The notes beneath the pieces are model-generated. The model did not search any database. It had not been told where the DNA came from and was given only the letters and a program-made list of their open reading frames with translations. A stretch of 64,000 nt of DNA from Macrostomum lignano (lineage: Eukaryota), in contig NIVC01001516.1 in the NCBI GenBank assembly GCA_002269645.1, positions 5,796 to 69,795 on the forward strand, read 5' to 3'. Below, one piece after another: positions 11,201 to 23,100 of the stretch. Within the stretch, counting starts at the first letter, position 1; the number at the start of each line of letters is the position of its first letter. The position numbers were made by a program, and so were the translations under genes.

Positions 11201-14085
11201 CTGAAAAATAATTCACAAGTAAAATCATTTATATCACAATATCTTATAGTAATTGGCAAATAATACTATACTATACTCATACTATATTTACCATGAATAA
11301 TTATAAACAATTACATTCTTTTATTTCTATATATACCTGGCACTGCACAGGCACTAGCTAAAGCATATAAATATTTATAGCTAATATATATAGCTATGAC
11401 ATAGCTATAGTAATATGGCCTACAATACAAAATAGTTATACAAATATAGCAAATATATAACAAGGAAAACACAGCATCTACCTGGCATTTGAGGAATTGA
11501 TCTACACACACATAGTAGCTAATAATTGATATGTTCCTAGGCTATAGCCCATAAAAGCCCTAAATAAAGTAAAGATATAGTGGGTTAAAGGTAAAGCTAT
11601 ATACTGTCATGCTTGCTGGGTTAAATTGCAAAGAACAATTAGGCATTGCACTTCTACTGTTGCCAAGCCATGTGTGTTGTGTACATTTATGCAACTAAAA
11701 AAAAGAAAAAACAATTTTGAAACATGCATAGCATGTGAGTTAATCATAATGACATAAAAAGATAGCTAGCCAGCTAATTCAAAAGTGAAGTTTGCAAAGG
11801 ATCTGCAATACAAGCCATCCACAAAATAAAACACGTGAGCATGAAAATCGGAGGAAACTATATGCTAAACAGACCATCAAAATAACAAGTATGACAAAAA
11901 TCCACATTCTCCTGCTCCAAACAGAAATTGCAAAACAATATTGGTACTATATAAAATAGACGTGCGTCGTGATGCTTTGCAACATATAAGTTTATCAAAC
12001 CAATTTTGTCTACTAATTATTAACAAAAAACTGCACAGTAGTTGCCAAAAAGAAAACACTTTACATAATACGTACTGTGTAGAGCAAATCCAACTTAGTT
12101 CTAGAGTTATTACACAATTCCCTGACCTCAGTTTTACTCACAGTCTTTTTGGGAAATTTGGTTTACCGTTGAGAAACAACGGCAATTCAACGAAGAGCAA
12201 TCACAACGGTTTTACAACGGTTTCACAACGCACTTCAAAAAATGAAATATTGGCTCAGTAAGCAAAATAAAAGCTTTTTTAATTGCTTACGAGCCATTTT
12301 GGGTACAAAGACAAACTTTTTTTGTTCCCAACGCTTTTGTGACATACCTCCGTTGAAACACCGTTGGATCAACGTTGTCTTTTCCACTGGGGGACTGATA
12401 AAGACAGGGCTGGGGGTGGGTGCTCGAGGAGAGCTTAATTTCAGGCTAGCATAATTTATGCGCGGCTTTTGATCTATTGGCCGGCGAGAAAAAACCAACT
12501 TGAAAACAGAAATTATCGATCGCATTGTACATAGGCTTTACAAACGCACGCAATATTGTTTAAAATTCTTTGGGCATTACTTTAAGCAGACGTTAAAGTA
12601 CGAGACCATTAAATTAACAATATAATACGTCGTAGATTAGCACTGCTTTCACTAAAACGGCCCTTGTCGGGGCTACCTCAACTGACAACGTCACCACTAC
12701 ATGTAAATCCACAAAATTTTCTTTCTTTGAGAAGTCCGAAGTTATATCCGTTGCAAGTGACAGCACGGGTTCCCAATTGTGGATCCTATTGTTGTTATAC
12801 ATGCACATGCATGCGCTACATGTACATGTACGTAGGTACACATAACATGTAGATGCACATGTACAGCTATACCTATAGTAGTGCTGTGTGACGTTTCCTG
12901 AGACCAGAGGGATTCTTTCATTTCTTAATATCTATTCTCACTTGAATTCATGATGAGCTGAATATATGCAGGTTTTTGGTACATGTACATGTATTATGTA
13001 ACATTAGTGCAAGTACATGTACGAGTGCCTCAGCTGCAATAGTAATCAATATAATGTGCATGTTCCCTCCTTTAATTATATAAATGCTGATCAACGTGAA
13101 TAAAAAAATTGAATAAATTATAAGAAAACATTATAATGCTTTCATTATACAATACAAACAAGGGGACTGACTACTCAACTCCCGTATGAGTATTGAGTTG
13201 GTCCCTACCAACCTAGGTAAAAATAAAATGTATATTAACTTATACCGACCATTTTATACCGACCAGATGCTAAACTCGTTTTTCTCGTACTAATCAATTA
13301 TTATTGCGCATCTACGTACTTCGGCATGTTCTCTGACATGCTCCATTATGCTTTTGACCGCTTTTGCTTTAAATACCGCAAAATTAATTTAAAATCGTGC
13401 AAATTCATGAAAGTTCAACAAATTCTCGATTGTATAACAAAAAATTATTATCATGCAGCAAACAAAAATATATAGATTAACTTGTATTGGCCAAACAGGC
13501 TGTTTAGCTCCTGTGGTTTAGCTTGAGCCATATTAGTACTACTTACTAATATGCAATAAAAGTTCTATTATTCTGTTCCATAACAATTAAGGACCACGTA
13601 TCATTGATGTGATGAAAAAAGATTTTTTCTATCTCTGGAAGTGTATTTTTCAAGGAAATCGACCTCCTAAAAATTTACACGATCTTAGAGTTCGTGTGAT
13701 TTTATGTACAGTTGGGTCCCTGCCATAACTTTTGCACAAAAAGTATACCCAGACTAAAATAATCATAAAATAAGCGCTACAATAAATGAGCATGACAATT
13801 TTTTACGCTGCAGTGCATTCGAAATTTATTTAATAAAAAACTAAGTACATTTGGAAAAATTAAAAAAGCATTTTTATTGTTAATTCTTGTACTTCTTTTG
13901 TAATTTTTGTTTTTTCTTCTTTACGTGGGTTTTCGATAATTTAAATGGCGAGATCGACGCACAAATTTTCTAATTTTTGCGCATTTTTTATTTTTAGAAA
14001 CTTTGTTGGTTAAGATTCTTTTGTTAAAAAGTCATTTAATGCTTAAGGTCTAGAATAAATTGTTTGCTTCATCGAAAAAAAGTCA

Positions 14086-14127
14086 ATGGCGCAGCCTATA
14101 CCCATAAAATTTCAGGAGCATTTTCAA
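14086..14127 (+). CDS. CLTC: Clathrin heavy chain exon 1 (not in ORF track)
   Basis: atggcgcagcctatacccataaaatttcaggagcattttcaa|gtaagt = [14 protein letters not shown], homologous to MAQILPIRFQEHLQ. Confidence 0.93.
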
Positions 14128-17100
14128 GTAAGTATTTTGAAACATTAAACAACAATTTGTTTTGTTCACTGAATCATGCGATTTAATTTGTACAATTTTA
14201 CTGGGATTTCGTTTGTGCTTTTTAAAATCTATCACTATTCACATTTTAAGAGTTTCTGTATGTAGAATATAATCATTTCCTTTGCCTTCAACTTAGATAT
14301 TTCTTGTGTGCAAAAATAATGCTTGCTTATTAGTTATTTTTCACTTTTTAGACAGCTAGTCAAATACAATATCGATACTTCAAAATTTCCTTAATCATAC
14401 TATCATAGCCTGCGAAAATTAGTATTAAAAATCATCTTTAAACTGTAGGGCCAAATCTAGGACTAGGGAAAGGTCTGTAAAAGCTTAATTTAATTATGCC
14501 TTTATATTTTTTAAAAGATTGCATTTTGTAAAAACCAAGTATTATAATAAAGTATCAGAATTGGTTTCAACCCATTTGGCAAATTAATTTTTAGTAAAAG
14601 TCAATAAAGACAAAAATACTTTAGTTTCACAGTGACCATTTGTCTAAAGCTAGTAATTATATCAAATAATTTGTTAAGATTGACTAGGCCTCAATGAAGA
14701 GTTTAAAAAATTCAAAATGAAAAAAAGAAACTTTATAATAGACTATAAAGATATTATATAGTTATATCTGCAAGCAAGCAAGATTTTCATTTTTAGTATA
14801 ATAATAAGATATATAACAAAATATGTTGTTGCTACGAAGAGCTTGCGTGCACGGCAGCCATTCACGTAAGCTCAGAATTGCGTGCACGGCGGCTATCTAC
14901 CTAGTGCTTTATTTGCATGTATGCAGCCGTACACCTAGTGTTGTAATTGCGTGCACGGCAGCCGGCAATTGGCCGGGACTGGGGCCCTTAAATCCACGCA
15001 TTGGCATTGGCAAACCTAATTAAAAAATATTTTTACTATATTGTTTTATAATGTTTTATCCCCCATACACCATGGACTGCAAATGTAATCTTAATTAATT
15101 GTTTTTTTGTTAACTTGAATATTAATTCGAATAGTATATGACTTACTGTATAAGCCTATAAGATATAGCTCTGCCGTGCACGCAATTCTGAGCTTACGTG
15201 AACGGCGGCCGTGCACGCAAGCTCTTCGTTGTTGCTACAACAGAAGTTATTATAATTGTAAATTATTGCAAGTTTTTTTCTAGGAAAGTCATTCCTTTCA
15301 AAAGCATTATCGCCATTTCAATCAAAGGGTGAAAAAGTTTAGTTACAAGCAAGGTAAAACCATAAATACAAAAAGAATAAAATATTTAATTAATTTCTTA
15401 TTTAGTAAGCAACTACACTCAGGAAGGTATACATTATGGCAAAAACTTCTGGCGCACATCAATGAAAAATATGTGCGAAATGGCGCACACGGCGCACAAC
15501 AAAGGCTTAGCAGAAGTTTTTAGTGCACAGTTGCGCACAGCAAAACCTGATCAGAAAAATTTAGCTCACAATGAGTCACCTAAATGTATAATCTGCATAT
15601 GCAGTGTGTAAAATATGCTTTAAGATTACGTTTTCCAAGCATATCAATAAAAATTGTTGTATCTTGGTAAGTGAAACGAATAATAAAATTCAAAATGGGA
15701 TTTTACCATTAAGACTAAATTAACATTAAGTTAAAGCTATTTCTTTTGAGAATTTTCTATGTGAGCTAAAAAAAGCAAAAGTTTTGAGTTAAAAAAAGCC
15801 TACATAAGGTACGAAAATTTATCCGTTTTTTTAGTTTTGTTTTAATTGGACTTTTACCGAGTTTTTAGTGCTACGGCGCATTAGTTAGCTATGTATTTGT
15901 CAATAAACAAATGTATACCTCGGCGCACAAATTCATATTTTAGCTTCGCACACAGCGCACACCAAAAATATGCTGAAAAATGTTCCCGCGCACACGTGAC
16001 ACTTTCCTGAGTATGGGTAAGCAATGCAATATATTATAAACATGAATAGTATAAAAATGTCAAATTTCTTTAAGTTTAGGCATTTGCTACTACTACCTTG
16101 GCCAAACTAATTCAATTTGCTTAGAGGCAAAATGGTCTATGCCCATGGCCAAAACAATCTATGGGTAAAATAGTCTATAGGAAAGTGGTCTAAAGACAAA
16201 ATGTCCATGGTCTAAATTTTTTATGGCAAAACAACTAATTACCCTTTTTATTCAATGTCAATTTTATTATTCAATTAATAGAATTTTTAGATGCCATTCT
16301 ATTATAGTGGGATGTCAAAATATAATTTAGGAACTAGAACTGAAAAACCACTTTATCATTCCTAATCTATCAATTGCACTTTGCATATGCACAATATAGC
16401 TATTAGCTAAGTCATGAGTTTTTAAATTTACTAATTGAAAAGGCAAGTCAAGTCAATGAATAATTTATTAAACCTAAAAAGGCCTATAATCACCAATGTG
16501 GTATATTTGCAATTATAAATAGCTTATCTTTTTACCAAAGTAGTCATTTTCTTTTGCCAAAAATATGTTTTAATAAACTAAAAATTCACTTTTGTTTAAG
16601 TGTCTTTTGCAAAAAATTCCTTTGCCTAAATGGGCTGCACTTTCAGAATTAGGATATCAATGATATTTAAATTTGGGTATTAGACTCTTTGCAGCTATTG
16701 GTGATTTTTAAAAAGGGTATTAGATTGGTACTTTTTACCAATACTTTTTTGAACATTGTGCCTAGCACTATATTTAATAATACACTATAAATAAAAACCA
16801 ATGCTATATTTAGCTCTACAAGTTTTCTAATCATAGCAGAAACTAACAATTTTGGATCTATGCCATGTCAATGTGGTATGTGTCAAACTTCTAGTTCTAT
16901 ATTTTCACATAGTTACTTATGAATTCTAAAACAATTGAACATATAGTCAAACCATAAGCTATGCTAATAGTCATTTTTTATTACTAAATTGGCAATTTGC
17001 AAATCAAGGCAATCTAGCAAGTTTCTTTTAAAATTACTTTATAAGTTAAATGGCCTCCTAACCTAAGAAATGCATGCTTCCTTGGTTATTAGACTGATGC

Positions 17101-20100
17101 AAATTGCAGTAGAGCTGAAGATACACAAATTCCATTTAGTGCTACAAATTGGCAAGAAAGATGACATGATCAAAGCATAAGAACAACCATGAGAGTACTA
17201 TGTCCTACAAACTGGCTTTCTAAGCATATGGGTAGACTTTTATCTTAAGGGCCAGATAAAGAATCCAGCTTATGGCTAAGGGGCAGATGAGAGTGGAAAG
17301 AAAGAATAGACAATTCAAAAAGAAAGGAGAGGCAACAGAGGGGATAAAAGAAAAGAAAGAAAATAATAGGAGAGATAAGAAGGTGAGGACAATAAGAGAG
17401 AGAGGGGGAGAAGAAGGTAGAGAGGAAAAGTGAGATGAGAGAAGAAAGAGTAGAGAGGAGAAAGAGAGTAAATACATGAAAGAGCAGAGAGCCATAGGAG
17501 AGAGAAGTAGAGAAAAGAGAAGAAAGAGGTGAAAGGGAAGAGAAGAAAGAAGAGAGGAAACAGTAAGAGAAGATAAAAGTTTCAAAGGATCCAAGGGATG
17601 TAAGGAAAGTCAAAGGCAAAGGCCAAAGCTTGTCAATATATGTTTTAGAGTCAGATAGAATTGCTTGACATTCAATCCTTGACATTCAGCACCCCAGCCA
17701 ATAATATCAAATGTTTGCTTCAAACTCCACTTTATATTTACCTATATCCTACTAACTATTAAAAAGTTTTTGATTGAGTATGGCCTCAGACTTCAGAATA
17801 TATGCAAAATAGTTCCAGGGATTGGAATTCCCTAGGTTCAAAATCTATCAGTTTCAATAGCTTGTACAAATATAAATCTAAAAACAAGGAATAATAGTTA
17901 TAGAAAAAACTTTTTTGTAAAGATTTGTATAATTTATTTTCCCACTTGGTATTATGCAAAATATGCTTTTTTATATATGCTATACATTAATGCTTTTTAT
18001 ATATGCTATTATACATTGTGCTGTCTATGTTAGGCAGTGTAGACTCTGTAGAGCTTGACCACTTTCTGTTACACTGCATTAGGTAGTGTGATGCTAGACT
18101 TACTTTCTGCACTAGAATTTCCTACAAAAAGGCCACCTTCCTGACTATGGCAATTACCCCTGTAAGTTATTATCAAGACTAATGATGGCCTAAACTAAGT
18201 TTATAGATTTTATTGTATTGTATTTTGGTAATTGTGTTATCATTTTGTTAATATTTTGTTTTAGTTCCAGTTACACATTTTGGCACCAATTTGAATTTAA
18301 TGTGCACATCTACAGTTATGCTAGTTAGGTATATGGAATTTCTATTATCTTAGACAAGGCCAAAACAACTAAAATATTTGATGTTTCAAAAAGTAAAGTT
18401 CTGTGGGACTTCTACCAGTTTCTATGCTTTTGGAGCCTAACATTTGGAATCCCAGGTCCTCAGCTTGCTTTTCAATGTTTTAATTGATAACAATTAAATT
18501 ATAAAGTAATCTATTCAGAACTTCTCTACAATGACTTTATTATTGTTATTGTTATTATATTATTAGGGCAAGCATTTATTTTATTGAGCTTTATACCCTT
18601 ATCCTATATATGAAGTCCTAAGTAGCTAAAAAGTTTAGAATAACTTTTTTTAGCCAAACCTTTTTAACATCAGAGCAAAGAAAAGAGGGACTGTTGTATG
18701 AAAAGTAACTTAGGATAGCAAATAGCTACTTTGTATAGTAGATAAGGATGGGTATTATTAGCATAGATTGATGCTGATAAAAATGAGAATAAGTACTTTT
18801 ATTTTCCTTTGGCTTACTTGGCTGACATTATGTGTAAGTTCGATGCTTGATTTGTCCTTGCCTTTCATGTTCTAAGTCGCACAAGTGTTTCTGTTTGATG
18901 CCTCAATTGCAAATAATTCGAACTCATTTTTATTCAACCCAGCTGCAAAACATCGGCATCAACAATGCCAGCATCGGGTTCTCCACCCTCACCATGGAGT
19001 CGGATCGGTTCATCTGCATCCGAGAGAAAGTTGGCGAAACCGCCCAAGTAGTGATTGTGGACATGAACGATCACAATAATCCTACTAGGCGGCCAATATC
19101 GGCCGATAGTGCCATCATGAATCCCGTTAGCAAAGTGATCGCGCTGAAGGCCGGCAAGAGTTTGCAAATATTCAACATCGAATTGAAATCGAAAATCAAA
19201 TCGCACGCCATGACCGAAGAGGTCACCTTCTGGCGTTGGATTACTGTCAATACTATCGCTTTAGTGACGGAGACGGCCGCTTATCATTGGAGTCTGGAGG
19301 GCGATTCGACTCCAGTGAAGATGTTCGATAGGCATGCCTCGCTGTCCGGCTGTCAGATAATTAACTACAGGTGCGACAATAGCCAGAAATGGCTGCTAAT
19401 CATAGGCATATCGGCCCAGCAGAATCGCGTGGCTGGAGCTATGCAGCTGTATAGCGTCGAGCGCCGCGTCTCCCAGCCAATAGAAGGCCACGCCGGCGTG
19501 TTTATGGAATTCCGCGTCGAAGCCAATGCCCAGCCGTCTAATCTGTTCTGCTTCGCCAATAGAGGCCTGCAGGGAGCCAAGCTGCACATTATTGAAGTTG
19601 GCCAGCCACCGTCTGGCAATCAGCCCTATCCGAAGAAGCAGGTAGATCTGTTCTTCCCACCCGAGGCCACTTCGGATTTTCCCGTTGCTATGCAAGCCTC
19701 TTCTAAGCACGGCGTTATCTACATGGTCACTAAGTACGGCTATATTCACCTGTACGACTTGGACACGGCCACCTGTCTCTATATGAACCGGATCAGTAGC
19801 GAGACTATTTTTGTCACCGTACCGCACGAAGCCAGCGGCGGTATAATGGGCGTTAATAGGAAAGGCCAAGTGCTCAGTGTCAGCATGGATGAGGACAATG
19901 TTATCGGTTAGTTTGAATCTGTTTTTAAACTGTTTAGCTCTTTAGGCATTCGAGTGGTTGGCGGTAATTTTATAATAAAACAGTTTTTTGCGACGGTCAC
20001 CTTAAGCTCAAAGAGTCGGGCTGAGGGGGTTTGCGGCAGTTTCAATGAAGATGTTTGATTTGCGGCAGTTTCAATGAAGATGTTTGATTTGCGGCGGTCA

Positions 20101-23100
20101 CTTCAAAGAGTCGGGCTAGGGGGGGGTTGGCGGCAGTTTTATCGAGACTGATCTGTCGGCGGTCACTTCAAAGAGTCGGGCTAAGGGAGTTGGCGGCAGT
20201 TTCAATGAAGATGCTTGATCTGTTTGCGGTCACTTTAAAGAGTTCGGACTGAGGGGGGGGGGTTGCGGCGGTTTCAATAAAGATGTTTGATCCGTTGGTG
20301 GTCACTTCAAATTAATCTAGCTAATTAACCTAACACCTGGCACTCTCACCTTAGGCTACGTGACCAACAATCTGCAAAATCCCGATTTGGCCCTGAAGCT
20401 GGCTTCGCGCAACAACCTTCAAGGCGCGGACGATCTGTTCCTGCGCAAATTCAACGCCCTGTTCCAGCAGGGCAACTACTCCGAAGCGGCCAAAGTGGCC
20501 GCCAGCGCGCCAAAGGGTATCCTGCGTACGCCGCAAACTATTCAGCGATTTCAGCAGGTGCCAGTGCAGCCTGGCACTACTTCGCCAATGCTGCAGTACT
20601 TCACCATCCTGTTAGACCAGGGCCAGCTGAACAAATACGAGAGCCTGGAGCTGTGCCGACCAGTGCTGCAGCAGGGTCGCAAACAGGTTGTTGAGAAATG
20701 GTTGAAAGAGGACAAGCTGGAATGCTCTGAGGAGCTTGGCGACCTGGTGAAACAGACTGATCCAACACTGGCTCTGAGCGTCTACCTGAGAGCCAATGTG
20801 CCCCACAAGGTCATTCAGTGCTTTGCCGAGACTGGGCAGTTCCAGAAGATTGTGCTCTACGCCAAGAAGGTGAGACTAACAGTTGGTCTTGAGGCTTATG
20901 GCCAATTTAGGGTCTGTTAATAGGTCAGGCTCGGTCTTAAGGTCATGATTTGGGCCCTTGTTGGTTGCTTCTCACATGTAGGTTATAAATGGGCCTAATG
21001 AGTCATGCGCTGGGTCAAGTATCAAATCTTAAAATGAGTCTGCCACTGGGTCAAAAATCGAGCTCTAAAGTGGGTCATGCGCTGGGTCAAGTATCAAGTC
21101 TTAAAATGAGTCTGCCACTGGGTTAAGGATCGAGCTGTAAAGTAGGTCGGGCACTGGGTCATGGATCAAGTCGAAAAATGGGTCGGGCACTGGGTCAAGG
21201 ATCGAGCTTTAAAGTGGGTCAGGCACTGGGTCAAGGATCGAGCTCTAAAGTGGGTCGGGCACTGGGTCATGGATCAAGTCGTAAAATGGGTCGGGCACAG
21301 GATCAAAGATCCGATTTAAAATGGGTCAGCCACTGGGTTAAGGATCGAGCTCTAAAGTGGGTCGGGCACTGGGTCAAGGATCGAGCTCTAAAGTGGGTCG
21401 GGCACTGGGTCATGGATCAAGTCGTAAAATGGGTCGGGCACAGGATCAAAGATCCGATTTAAAATGGGTCAGCCACTGGGTTAAGGATCGAGCTCTAAAG
21501 TGGGTCGGGCACTGGGTCAAGGATCGAGCTCTAAAGTGGGTTAGCCATTGGGTCAAGGATCGAGCTCTAAAGTGGGTCGGGCACTGGGTCATGGATCAAG
21601 TCGTAAAATGGGTCGGGCACAGGATCAAAGATCCGATTTAAAATGGGTCAGCCACTGGGTTAAGGATCGAGCTCTAAAGTGGGTCGGGCACTGGGTCAAG
21701 GATCGAGCTCTAAAGTGGGTTAGCCATTGGGTCAAGGATCGAGCTCTAAAGTGGGTCGGGCACTGGGTCATGGATCAAGTCGTAAAATGGGTCGGGCACA
21801 GGATCAAAGATCCGATTTAAAATGGGTCAGCCACTGGGTTAAGGATCGAGCTCTAAAGTGGGTCGGGCACTGGGTCAAGGATCGAGCTCTAAAGTGGGTT
21901 AGCCATTGGGTTAAGGATCAAGCTCTAAAGTGGGTCGGGCACTGGGTCAAGGATCGAGCTCTAAAGTGGGTTAGCCATTGGGTCAAGGATCGAGCTCTAA
22001 AGTGGGTCAGCCATTGGGTCAAGGATCGAGCTCTAAAGTGGGTTAGCCATTGGGTCAAGGATCGAGCTCTAAAGTGGGTCGGGCACTGGGTCATGGATCA
22101 AGTCGTAAAATGGGTCGGGCACAGGATCAAAGATCCGATTTAAAATGGGTCAGCCACTGGGTTAAGGATCGAGCTCTAAAGTGGGTCGGGCACTGGGTCA
22201 AGGATCGAGCTCTAAAGTGGGTTAGCCATTGGGTCAAGGATCGAGCTCTAAAGTGGGTCGGGCACTGGGTCATGGATCAAGTCGTAAAATGGGTCGGGCA
22301 CAGGATCAAAGATCCGATTTAAAATGGGTCAGCCACTGGGTTAAGGATCGAGCTCTAAAGTGGGTCGGGCACTGGGTCAAGGATCGAGCTCTAAAGTGGG
22401 TTAGCCATTGGGTCAAGGATCGAGCTCTAAAGTGGGTCAGCCATTGGGTCAAGGATCGAGCTCTAAAGTGGGTCAGCCATTGGGTCAAGGATCGAGCTCT
22501 AAAGTGGGTCAGCCATTGGGTCAAGGATCGAGCTCTAAAGTGGGTCAGCCATTGGGTCAAGGATCGAGCTCTAAAGTGGGTCGGGCACTGGATCAAGGAT
22601 CGAGCTCTAAAATGGGTCAGCCACTGGGTTAAGGATCGAGCTCTAAAGTGGGTCGGGCACTGGGTCAAGGATCGAGCTCTAAAGTGGGTTAGCCATTGGG
22701 TCAAGGATCGAGCTCTAAAGTGGGTCGGGCACTGGGTCATGGATCAAGTCGTAAAATGGGTCGGGCACAGGATCAAAGATCCGATTTAAAATGGGTCAGC
22801 CACTGGGTTAAGGATCGAGCTCTAAAGTGGGGCAGCCATTGGGTTAAGGATCGAGCTCTAAAGTGGGTCGGGCACTGGGTCAAGGATCGAGCTCTAAAGT
22901 GGGTCAGCCATTGGGTCAAGGATCGAGCTCTAAAGTGGGTCGGGCACTGGATCAAGGATCGAGCTCTAAAGTAGGTCGAGCACTGGGTCAAGGATCAAGT
23001 CCTAATTGGGCAAGGCTCAAAGATCTGATTCGAGTCCTTAATGAACCGGGTACTGTGGTGTCAGGAAACAGCCTTAGCCGGCTCAAGAGTAAAGCTCTGG

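Larger units (their letters stand above)
6368..12391 (-). mobile_element. EnSpm/CACTA (CMC)-like DNA transposon, ~6 kb, two genes
   Basis: Left end cccagcggaaaaaccaacgttgattcaacg versus reverse-complemented right end cccagtggaaaaagacaacgttgatccaacgg; caacgg/ccgttg subterminal repeats at both ends; encloses a transposase and a DUF4806-like gene. TSD not resolved. Confidence 0.8.

Noticed and set aside
13160-13220. Helitron-like 3' hairpin plus CTAG
   Set aside because: Imperfect hairpin, no matching 5' end or Rep/helicase remnants.
13000-18900. AT-rich block as contamination or chimeric assembly
   Set aside because: It contains clathrin exon 1, which splices in frame to the GC-rich exon 2, so it is host DNA.
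18847-18942. ORF-track start for clathrin (MICPCLSC...)
   Set aside because: Intronic read-through; the true exon 1 is at 14086-14127 and the acceptor at 18942.
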